Source of the DNA: Priapulus caudatus
Lineage: Eukaryota
Direction of reading: 5' to 3'
DNA: 42,929 bases
Assembly: GCF_000485595.1 (NCBI RefSeq)
Contig: NW_014577072.1
Coordinates: 699,594-742,522, forward strand
Position 1 is the stretch's first letter; each line of letters begins with the position of its first letter. Positions 24,801-33,305 of the stretch are shown piece after piece. Under the pieces are notes generated by a model. That model did not search any database, was not told where the DNA came from, and was given only the letters and a program-made list of their open reading frames with translations. Made by a program: the position numbers and the translations under genes.

Positions 24801-26739
24801 ATACATTGCGATGGAAGTAACAGCGAAATCATCCCCCCCCCCCACAACTGAGGACCTGTCTACGCCACTGGAGTATGTATATATATTTTTTTACGCGTAC
24901 AAATATTATTGCTAATTACATAAAAATNNNNNNNNNNNNNNNNNNNNNNNNNNNNNNNNNNNNNNNNNNNNNNNNNNNNNNNNNNNNNNNNNNNNNNNNN
25001 NNNNNNNNNNNNNNNNNNNNNNNNNNNNNNNNNNNNNNNNNNNNNNNNNNNNNNNNNNNNNNNNNNNNNNNNNNNNNNNNNNNNNNNNNNNNNNNNNNNN
25101 NNNNNNNNNNNNNNNNNNNNNNNNNNNNNNNNNNNNNNNNNNNNNNNNNNNNNNNNNNNNNNNNNNNNNNNNNNNNNNNNNNNNNNNNNNNNNNNNNNNN
25201 NNNNNNNNNNNNNNNNNNNNNNNNNNNNNNNNNNNNNNNNNNNNNNNNNNNNNNNNNNNNNNNNNNNNNNNNNNNNNNNNNNNNNNNNNNNNNNNNNNNN
25301 NNNNNNNNNNNNNNNNNNNNNNNNNNNNNNNNNNNNNNNNNNNNNNNNNNNNNNNNNNNNNNNNNNNNNNNNNNNNNNNNNNNNNNNNNNNNNNNNNNNN
25401 NNNNNNNNNNNNNNNNNNNNNNNNNNNNNNNNNNNNNNNNNNNNNNNNNNNNNNNNNNNNNNNNNNNNNNNNNNNNNNNNNNNNNNNNNNNNNNNNNNNN
25501 NNNNNNNNNNNNNNNNNNNNNNNNNNNNNNNNNNNNNNNNNNNNNNNNNNNNNNNNNNNNNNNNNNNNNNNNNNNNNNNNNNNNNNNNNNNNNNNNNNNN
25601 NNNNNNNNNNNNNNNNNNNNNNNNNNNNNNNNNNNNNNNNNNNNNNNNNNNNNNNNNNNNNNNNNNNNNNNNNNNNNNNNTGTGTGTGTACGCGTGTAGG
25701 CGATAGAAATGTGTGTGTACGCGTGTAGGCGAGAGAAATGTGTGTGTACGCGTGTAGGCGATAGAAATGTGTGTACGCGTGTAGGCGAGAGAAATGCTTG
25801 TTTTCGTGCGCGTCACATGACCCGCAGAGATGTGAAGCTATTGGCTTCTGTGATGATCCACGCTGATAGCTGTAACAATTTCTAACTGCACGGCAACTGC
25901 AGCAAGGGTCGCGATGAAACGAAATCGAATGCTGCGAGAAAAGTAAAATAGCCGCGCTCTGTTTTAGGGCCTAACCTTACAATTCATTGTAACTTGCGGT
26001 TCTCTATGATTTAGAGGTTAACAGCACACGTCAATCGTGACGGCTTTATTCGAAATGCTTTATGGTGATGTCATTACGACATCCCTCATGAGTTGTATTT
26101 ATTCGATTTTCTAGTATACAACCGTATATTATCATTCTCTGTGGAATCTCATAATTTAATATTATTGGAAGAAGATTATAAATAACCGAATGGGATACTT
26201 CTATAAAACTATTACAAATCTTTATTATGTTTAATGTCTTTTGTTTCATTTAATATTGATATTGTGGTTGGCTAATATATAAAAACTGTCTGTTTAGAAA
26301 ATTAAATAATACTGCCTTCTTTTAAGTACCAGAAACTATATCGAAGCTGGGTGTGACCGTAAAGTATGGCAGAGAAAATTTGTCGCCATATGATGAAACC
26401 CCGATAACGCTATTTACTGCCAAATTTTTACTCAGGATATTCTGGCGCGATGTAGTACAAATCTGTGTTCGTCGCATGCGTGCATGGTTGCATGCGTGGG
26501 TGCGCATACGAGCATGCATATATTTATATAGTCATATATGTTTGCACGATTTTATTGATATTTGAATTGCGTTTTTCCGTCCAGGAAAGCACACGCAGGC
26601 CATCGTCGGAGTGTCGTCGCAGTCGTCGTCAATGCCAACATCAGGGAAACAGACGATACACGACGTCGTTGCGTTTATGTGGTGCATCGGGGCAGCGATA
26701 CTTGTGACCCTGTCCATCTGTGAAGATATAGTGCATTGA
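2380..26739 (+). CDS. Dpr (defective proboscis extension response)/ZIG-8-like two-Ig-domain cell-surface protein, probably GPI-anchored; spliced CDS join(2380..2523,7642..7852,22832..23119,26585..26739), 265 aa
   Basis: Manual splicing gives one open frame (144+211+288+155=798 nt) with GT-AG introns of phase 0,1,1. Dpr-family hallmarks: YFDPNTPRNIT...C-R-V-x-x-L-G-x-R-T|VSWIRRQDLQILTIG...DKRF...WTLQLK...DSGMYECQVS (Ig1); GSNLKLTC...PKPPVYVYWYH...DSGKYTC (Ig2); then NG|KHTQAI, a Ser-rich spacer and a hydrophobic tail. The family is recognised but the specific orthologue is not. Confidence 0.9.
3484..3842. repeat. (CA)n/(CACG)n followed by (GA)n microsatellites
   Basis: Direct inspection. Confidence 0.95.
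5263..5314. repeat. Perfect 22-bp inverted repeat with 8-nt loop
   Basis: CAGGAGTAGATAATAGGGAATC-cctatata-GATTCCCTATTATCTACTCCTG. Confidence 0.95.
7642..7852 (+). CDS. Dpr-like coding exon 2 (main part of Ig1)
   Basis: Acceptor CCTTTTTGCTAGCAG, then VSWIRRQDLQILTIGDMTFTPDKRFRVIHENGTPDWTLQLKSPKYEDSGMYECQVSSNPTISTFVSLQVM, then donor GTAAGT at 7853 (phase 1). Confidence 0.93.
8156..10035. mobile_element. Foldback-type non-autonomous DNA element with long imperfect inverted arms (~8156-8950 / ~9560-10035)
   Basis: For example, 8461-8550 is the reverse complement of ~9777-9870, and 8767-8861 of 9636-9730. The termini are CATCTAGCTAAAGCATAACGCACACACCCGAGCAAAAC and GTTTTGCTCGGGTGTGTGCGCTAGGCTTTAGCCGAATAGATG. 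No clear TSD; superfamily not assigned. Confidence 0.75.
10245..10905. repeat. Degenerate (TCTA)n array with (CCTG)n, (CT)n and (TA)n
   Basis: Direct inspection. The array is irregular and indel-rich. Confidence 0.92.
10895..13415 (+). repeat. Duplicated block A, copy 1 (direct repeat of 21243-23720)
   Basis: Continuous colinear similarity from the TA run/AGCGAGAGAGGGAGG through the Ig2 exon to CTCTTTCCGTCAC. Differences are mostly single-base indels. Confidence 0.92.
12557..12858 (+). pseudogene. Frameshifted duplicate of the Ig2 exon (pseudo-exon or, more likely, error-rich assembly copy)
   Basis: Colinear with 22832-23119, with the same flanking TTGTAG and GTGAGCCATTACAG, but 302 vs 288 nt and many 1-nt indels, so no open frame. 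Confidence 0.8.
13416..15803 (+). mobile_element. Long variant of the CAG(G/T)GGCGTAG-type TIR element, with nested MITE and an extra ~0.7 kb module
   Basis: Colinear with 23721-24870 apart from insertions. The 3' TIR is truncated at CTACGCC. Confidence 0.65.
13678..14149. mobile_element. Second (noisier) copy of the TAA-TSD MITE
   Basis: Same TIRs, TSD and insertion site as 18299-18739. Confidence 0.8.
15816..16462. mobile_element. Foldback element: inverted arrays of (TTTCCCATTTCGCCA)-like units around a core with TTAGG/TTAGGG repeats
   Basis: Left array 15816-16000 and mirror array 16260-16462 (TGGCGAAATGGGAAA). Termini CGGTGTCTTCCCATTTCGC and GCGAAATGGGAATAAACCCG. GTTAGGTTAGGGTTAGGGTTAGGTTAGG at ~16073-16100. 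Confidence 0.75.
17438..18061 (+). repeat. Compound minisatellite: ~10 x 25-bp GAGGAAGGTTTGTATGTGTTTAGGC grading into 27-bp GAGAGAAATGTGTGTACGCGTGTAGGC
   Basis: The tandem units are directly visible, with degenerate units between ~17690 and ~17950. Confidence 0.92.
18299..18739. mobile_element. MITE with ~30-bp TIRs and TAA target-site duplication (PIF/Harbinger/Tourist-like)
   Basis: TAA|AGCCCCGCCGCACACGTGGCGATTTTTATCG ... CGATAAAAATCGCCACGTGTGCGCCGGGCT|TAA. The empty site GTACTGCTAACAAAGATTATG is at ~23976-23996. Confidence 0.85.
20325..20975. mobile_element. Second copy of the TTAGGG-core foldback element
   Basis: Colinear with 15816-16462, with the same flanks. Confidence 0.75.
22832..23119 (+). 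CDS. Dpr-like coding exon 3 (Ig2)
   Basis: Acceptor ATATTGTAG at 22823-22831, then (K)SQVEIDGNFHVHQGSNLKLTCNVTATPKPPVYVYWYHNDSRITHDVRRTQVSYMRTQHSTTSILLVQNIQGTDSGKYTCKANSADSKSADVIVVN, then donor GTGAGC at 23120 (phase 1). Canonical Ig Cys-Trp-Cys and DSGxYxC motifs are present. Confidence 0.92.
23242..23590 (+). repeat. Arm repeat (clean copy): three 62-bp tandem units, each with palindrome TTTTAATCGCGATTAAAA, inside an internal inverted repeat
   Basis: Units start at 23297, 23359 and 23421, bracketed by CCAAAACCTACCTATTTTAATCGCG ... CGCGATTAAAATAGGTAGGTTTTTGG. Other copies: 12988-13282 (+), 16470-16784 (-), 20983-21240 (-, truncated). Confidence 0.9.
23721..24870 (+). mobile_element. Non-autonomous TIR element of CAG(G/T)GGCGTAG type with G/C tracts (short variant)
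   Basis: The 5' end TAGGGGCGTAGATAG pairs with the 3' end CTGTCTACGCCACTG (revcomp CAGTGGCGTAGACAG). Extra end-like motifs lie internally at 24046 (CAGGGGCATAGATAG) and ~24510 (GGATCCGCCACTG). Longer variants are at 13416-15803 and 18062-20312. Confidence 0.7.
24928..25680. other. Assembly gap (753 N)
   Basis: Run of N. Confidence 1.
25681..25796 (+). repeat. 27-29-bp minisatellite, same unit as ~17960-18061
   Basis: TGTGTGTACGCGTGTAGGCGA(G/T)AGAAA x4, immediately after the N gap. Confidence 0.92.
26585..26739 (+). CDS. Dpr-like terminal coding exon (spacer + hydrophobic GPI-signal-like tail)
   Basis: Strong acceptor GTTTTTCCGTCCAG. The phase-1 frame reads (G)KHTQAIVGVSSQSSSMPTSGKQTIHDVVAFMWCIGAAILVTLSICEDIVH* with TGA at 26737-26739. 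This exon is not in the ORF track. Confidence 0.8.
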
Positions 26740-27219
26740 TCGAGCAACATCGCCGCGACGAATGCATATCTCGTACATACTTTACACGTATGATTAAGCA
26801 GATGGTTTACGAAAAGAATGCCAGCGCAAGTTAGAAACCACTGTCATGTCAGTGCTCCGCGAACTGCACGCGCGCGTGCATCGGAGAGCAGCGCAGTTAA
26901 TGTCGAATTTATATGGAAAGTGGGAAGCGAAATGCAAAATACCGTGAAAGGTAGTTCCGAATGAACAATGTGTGCTCGAATGGTTGTCGTTCTGCGTGTG
27001 GAAAAGTGGATTTATCAGATAACTGTAGACTCGAACTCCGCTGAGATCGACTGAACAGAGGCGCAGTGCAACGAACTATCAGAGCTACAAGAAATCTATA
27101 CAGACATATCTCTGCATGAGCATGCTCGCTTGAGCGGGAATTCCACTACATCTCGTGAAGCTATTGAGATGATGCCTGAACGTACACGAGGAACTGAGCA
27201 TGCACGGTGATAAAACTTC

Positions 27220-27222
<3 letters not shown>

Positions 27223-27259
<37 letters not shown>
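27223..27259. repeat. (TA)n microsatellite
   Basis: Direct inspection. Confidence 0.95.
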
Positions 27260-27262
<3 letters not shown>

Positions 27263-27330
27263 TACTTTAATGCAAGAACGCGAGACCGGTGCGATATTGT
27301 TCCAAATGACCACACTATCTTACCCCACCG

Positions 27331-27775
27331 TGCTAGCTAGTTAGTTACTACGTTAGCTGCATACTGCGTCAGCTACTACTGTATTGGCTAACTAACATGC
27401 TAGCAGATTACTATGTTACCTAACACGTGCTTTAGCTATTTATTACATTAGCTGACTTCTATATGTTACTAGCCTACAGTGTTTACTGACTGTTATGTTG
27501 GTTAACTGATGTTATGTTGTTAGCTGATTATTATATTAGCTGACTACTTTATTAGCTGACTACTAGCTAACTACTCTGTTGACTAATATCCTAGTGAACT
27601 ACTTCTAGCTAACTGTACTCCGCTAGCTGACTACTATTTTAGCTGCCTACTATATTAGCGGACTATTGTGTTAACTGACTCTTCTGTTAGCTGTCTATTA
27701 TAGGGGATGGTTTCGTGGTTCGTTGACTAATCCGCTGTCTGACTACTGTGTTTTCTCATTACGCTGTTGGCTGAC
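27331..27775 (+). repeat. Highly degenerate ~16-17-bp tandem repeat (TTAGCTGACTACTATG-like)
   Basis: Recurrent TAGCTGACTAC / TAACTGACT / TAGCTAACTAC variants at short period. Confidence 0.75.
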
Positions 27776-30700
27776 GACGGTGGTAACACACTATACACCG
27801 GTGCATGCCGCATGATGATGACCGCATGATGATAACAATGTTGATTGGACGTACAGATAGTCTATTCCGGTGGTGATGATCTCATAAAACCTTAATACTA
27901 CGTCGTTCATCATCGCGAAATGATAGCGATCAACGGATAGAGATTCAGACATGTATAGCCGATTGCACAACGTAAACGACGCTTAATGTCTACTCGTGCT
28001 ACGATTATGTCAACCAACACATCCCTAGGTATTATAGTCGCGCCGAGTTGGCATTTCCCAACGCATGTCCGCAGTAAATGGTTCTCTATATTTGTACTAT
28101 ATTCAAACATGTATGTGACGAGAAAGTGTGCGTGGAAGCGCGTGTCAGTGTATGTGAGACGAACATGTGGATATAAATATACACTGGAGGTATATGATAG
28201 AATTCACTGCCTCGCCCGCGAAAACCCCATGCATCCATGTAGCAGGCGAAATAAATAACTGATGACGAACCGTAACAGCAACGAAGCCGATGTCAACCGA
28301 AGCAGCGGCACATGTCCGTGATGTCATCGGCAGATCAACTATAATGATATATGTATATATTGGTCATAGACACTAGTAAACGGTGGCAGACGACGAGCCG
28401 ATATCCCCGCACAGAGCGGTTATAGGCCTGAGAGGGTGGCAACGCCAATGTGACGTCGGGTCAACGTCGCCTCTGCCGTCACGTATACGGACGCAGGCAG
28501 CGATGCACGACCGCGGCCGCAACGATTGTTAAGCACATCTAAACGAATTTCCACACGGCATTTAATAGCTAATTAAAGCGGACTGCATCGAGAGGAGAGG
28601 ACAGCAGCAATCATAGCGCCTAATGCAAACTTCTTAATGGGATTTTGCGCGTGACGTATGGACTACACGCATGCAGAAAACACATGCATCAGGAGTTTTA
28701 ATGAATAAATCAGCACCGAATGCTAAGGATTTAATTATTGAAAAGCTCAGCTCGAAGATGCAGTCGAGTCTCGTTTGCAGTTCTTTCCAGTCAATGGGCT
28801 AGCTGGTCTCCGAAACTGGTGAAATAGACAGGAGAAAAAAACATTGAGGAAAACACAAATCCGTGTTGGCTGTGTGCAGACCTGTACAGTGAGGGGTTCG
28901 CTGAATATTTTACGCGTGATTATTTGTTAATATAACAATTGTGATTATGTTTAATATTTTAGAGTAACTTCGGTTAGATGGGTTATTTAACGAGACTGCA
29001 TAGTTCCTTGTACGAATAAATTAATTTTTTCGTGTCTATGAATTATTATGCTACTCAGCAGTAAGTTGCGTAAACGTGACTGTAATGTCAAAAACGATAT
29101 TTTTCAAATAAAAGAATGATCCAATTAGAGAATGCAGACGTTTTCTCACTGAAGTTAATATAAAATATATCCGTGTATTATTTTCAAGGGGTACATCTTG
29201 GAATGACTGGCTATATAAGGTGTGAAGCGCGACAGTGTAATGGCTCGAGCCCAAAAAGTGAAGAGTGGAAGTCTCGGCTTTGCTATTGATTTTGGTTCTT
29301 TGAGCAAGGATTCACTTGGCACCAACTGTATTACGTTGTGCAGAATGTGGTGAATTAATGCTAATAGAGATCATGTTATCAATGTAAGAGAAAAAAAGCA
29401 ATGGCTGAGACAAGCTCGCCTCTAAGCGCTTACCGCTGGGAACGAGCCACCGAGAAAAACTTCAGAGCATTCTTAATTCCAGATCGTAAATTGGGCAGTG
29501 TTATGTATGCAAGCGCGTTAAGTGTGTAGCACGCTGGAACAAATCGATCGTTTACATTCGTTCGTTCGTTAGCGCATCGCTCGCTCACTCCAACACTGGG
29601 AGCACGCGTATGCTGCAGTTTTTCGCCAGCGTGTTTTATCGTAACAGCATTTGCGGCCAGAACATGGCAGTTGTCTTCTTTACGCATTTGCCACGATGCA
29701 ATGTTACGCATATTCTCCCTTCTCTCGGGACGGCAGCACGCTAAAACCTATAATTGTCGCCGCGTTATCAGCAATGGTACTACACTCCTGCTTAATTTAA
29801 TCAATTTAACTGAATCTCTGTGGCATTAATACCTTTTTATACATATTTCGTAAGTGCTGTTCAGAATTCTAAGCTTTAATGAAACATTCCATTAAACTAT
29901 TTTTAAAAGAGCAATATTGGCATCGCGCCAATATCTCCTGCGGTCGCGCAGGTTAGCTCGCGATTCCATGTTGTTATATATATGTTCTTTCTATTCGAAC
30001 AACGGTATATGCGCGACGAGTCTCTGCAGCGAAATCCAACACGTCGTGTTCAAGCTGCTGCATTGAATATGATAGGCGCACAATTCGCCTACATATTTTT
30101 GAATTGATTTAATCGGTAAAGAAATTGTGAAACCTTTGATAAGATCAAATCGGATGTATAGAAACGCAGATAGACGCTCGTATTGCGGACGGTCCCGCTC
30201 AGGCGGCCGCTATTCTGCTGTTACTCGCGTTCAGACAGCAGAATCCCACGAGGGTCAGAAACATAATACTTATTATTGATCCAGTTACGTACAGAAACCT
30301 GTCCCAGGTGTAGCTTGGTTACATAGCAAACACCGCGATGGAGGAACGCATATAACTGTATATAGGACTTTTAGTACGGTTTTTAGACCCATTCGAAGAA
30401 TGCATCACGCTGATACGACGCAGTGGCCAACCCGTTGTGTCAGCAATGCGTGGGGTCGCGGGAAGAATAAGATCAATATTTTAGAATTCTCTTAAGATGA
30501 CATTACACGCACAACGAATGTAAGTGGTAAAGCAGATGCCACACTACGCAATTACGTAGAGACGGGTCCCCCGCTCCTAGCCTCTGCTATACTGCCTGCT
30601 TGAGCCGCCGTCACGCCGGATAGCTGCGGGAGTAATGCACGCGCGTAGTAGTAAAGTATCGGCGCGATAGCGAGTCGCGTAGGAAGGTCGCATTACACGA

Positions 30701-30829
30701 ACTGATCAGAAGGGAATCAGTTAGCGATGTTGGATGACTGGATAAGAAACATTAATCAAAATAGAAGCGGTGAGAGAATTGCCGCTGTTCGCGTTGTTAG
30801 TGAGAAGCGCCGTCGGCAAGTTTGATGTT

Positions 30830-30940
30830 TGCGTGTGTTGTGTGCGTGCGTGCACGTGCGTAGGTGCGTGCGTGCGTGCATGTGCGTACGCGCGTGTGCG
30901 TAGGTGCGTGCGTCTTTGTGTGATTGTGCGTGATTGTGTG

Positions 30941-30973
<33 letters not shown>

Positions 30974-31010
30974 GCGTGTGCGTAGGTGCGTGCGCCTTTG
31001 TGTGATTGTG

Positions 31011-31058
<48 letters not shown>

Positions 31059-31104
31059 TGTGTATGTGTGTGTGTGNNNNNNNNNNTATGGTTAATATTG
31101 TCTG

Positions 31105-31187
<83 letters not shown>

Positions 31188-31314
31188 TGTGTGCGTTCGC
31201 ATGCGCGTGTGTATGTCTGTGTGTGAATGTGTGCGTGAGCGCGTGTGTGTATGTCTGTGCGCGTGCGCGCGCGTGTGTGCGTGCGTGCGTGCGTGCGCGC
31301 GCGTGTGAATGTCA

Positions 31315-31375
<61 letters not shown>
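30830..31375. repeat. Compound (GT)n/(GTGC)n microsatellite with a 10-N gap at 31077-31086
   Basis: Direct inspection. Confidence 0.95.
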
Positions 31376-32203
31376 ATGTATGCAGATGAATGCGGGGCAC
31401 TGCCTACAACGCTTTCGTCCTCTTCACGAAACATGATCAATGCATCCGATTTGAACGTTCTGTAAGAGCCATATTTCTTCATATGCATTCAATAAAGAAC
31501 ATACTAAATACACTCTACGTTATATATTTGACTTTTACAATCAGCCGACCTCGTCTCGAGGAATTGACAGGTTTCGTTGAATTACTGCCTTGCGTATACG
31601 GGGTGAATTTATAGCAGAGTAACGTTGTCACACTACAGACCGTCAGTCGTCTGACAGAAACCCTGAGAGAATATGCATATGATGCCATTTATAGATAGTT
31701 CTCTAAGGTCTGGTTAGAAGCGAAATCTTTTAACCAGGCTTTGCTGATTAAGGTGTAAATATGTCCACTAGGTCAGCTTTTTACGTCCATTTACATCTTA
31801 TAACATTACCAATCGGTTATTGGGAGGTTTCGTTATTCCGCTGCCACAGTAGACATTTTCTACATGACAAGAGAGAGTTTGATTGCTTTGCTAAGTGCAT
31901 GTATCAGATTTCATAATTGCCATTGGTGGGATTAAAGCAGTATATGACTTCCAGCGCTAACATGTCCAATCAACTAGAGTGTTATGCTTCGCTGCGGTAT
32001 GTGTCTGACTAAACGGCCAGAATGCTAGCTAGATTCAGTAGATGGAAATGTAGCTCGCTAATATCGCTCACTAATAATGTATATACCACACAGAAATTGA
32101 AATAGTGAATTTTAGTCTTGCTCATTTCTCTCTGCATCATAATAGCTCACAAATACAGCAGACATGCCCTAGCGAGGCGACGCGTGGTGTTTCGAGATGG
32201 CAA

Positions 32204-32367
32204 TGTGTGTGTCTATGTGTGTGTGTGTGTGTGTGTGTGTGCGTGCGTGCGCGCGCGCGTGTGGTGTGGTGTGGTGTGGTGTGGTGTGGTGTGGTGTGGT
32301 GTGGTGTGGTGTGGTGTGGTGTGGTGTGGTGTGTACGTGCGTGCGTGCGTGCGTGCGTGTGTACGTG

Positions 32368-32440
<73 letters not shown>

Positions 32441-32603
32441 TAGTAGTGTAGTAGTCGTGTCGTGTGTGTAGTGTGTAGTTAGTGACGACTACTACGTCGT
32501 ACGTACTTACTTTACGTAAGAACGAACGTAAACGTAAGTNNNNNNNNNNCGTGCGTGCGTGCATGTACGTACGTGCGTGCGTGCGTGTCTACGTGCGTGC
32601 GTG

Positions 32604-32666
<63 letters not shown>
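32204..32666. repeat. Compound (GT)n/(GTGTG)n/(GTGC)n microsatellite with a 10-N gap at 32540-32549
   Basis: Direct inspection. Confidence 0.95.
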
Positions 32667-32669
<3 letters not shown>

Positions 32670-33024
32670 CGGTGTGTAAGTACGTGCGTGCGTGAGTGTC
32701 AGGTTATTGGCAGACCATCTCGAGCACTTTTTCAGAAGCAAAACGATTATCGAGCATTATTGCTCAGGGTGCACTGCAATTGGTTTATACCACTAAATCT
32801 GCTGCTCCCGTTTGAACTCTTCAGAAATATTGAGCGCAGCACGCGCGCATCAATTTCTTAGTTCCTAGCCCTCTCCGTGTGCTGTTATTCAATGCATAAT
32901 TCAGAGCCCTGTGGCTAACGTGTCGCTTAGAAAAATCATACCAAAAGATCAATGGTAGTGGTTAGAGTTTTTCCTGCGGTAGGTCTACTCCCTGCTGTTT
33001 TACACACACTGAAAACACAAACTG

Positions 33025-33305
33025 CAGGGCCGTAGCCTGTGGGGGGGGATAAAGGGGGCAGCTGCCCCCTAGATTTTGAAGCAAAATTAAAAAGATAAAT
33101 TGTTCTACTAAAAGAGAATTGTCGTAGTCAGAATGAAGGCTGTACGTGTACTCAAACGTGCCTTAAATACCATCTCCTGCGATCTACATTTTCAAAATTG
33201 TCTGTGAGAGGACCCCCACACCCCACCTGTTTCTCACCCCTTCCTTGAAATCCTGGATCCGCCACTGCTCCCCCCCCCTAGGAATTTGCTCAGCCTACGG
33301 CCCTG
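33025..33305. mobile_element. 281-bp MITE with 14-bp TIRs
   Basis: CAGGGCCGTAGCCT ... AGCCTACGGCCCTG (1 mismatch). Flanks are AACTG and AACGG. Internal GGATCCGCCACTG and GAGGACCCCCACACCCC motifs resemble the 23721-24870 family. Confidence 0.8.

Noticed and set aside
24860..25816. The longest ORFs in the track (318 aa and 274 aa)
   Set aside because: They span the N gap and are almost entirely X.
32438..32539. Odd GTAGTAGT...TACGTCGTACGTAC...AACGAACGTAAACGTAAGT stretch as a novel repeat
   Set aside because: It follows a long (GT)n and runs into a 10-N gap. The TACG-cycling pattern is what low-quality pyrosequencing read ends look like, so it is probably an artefact.
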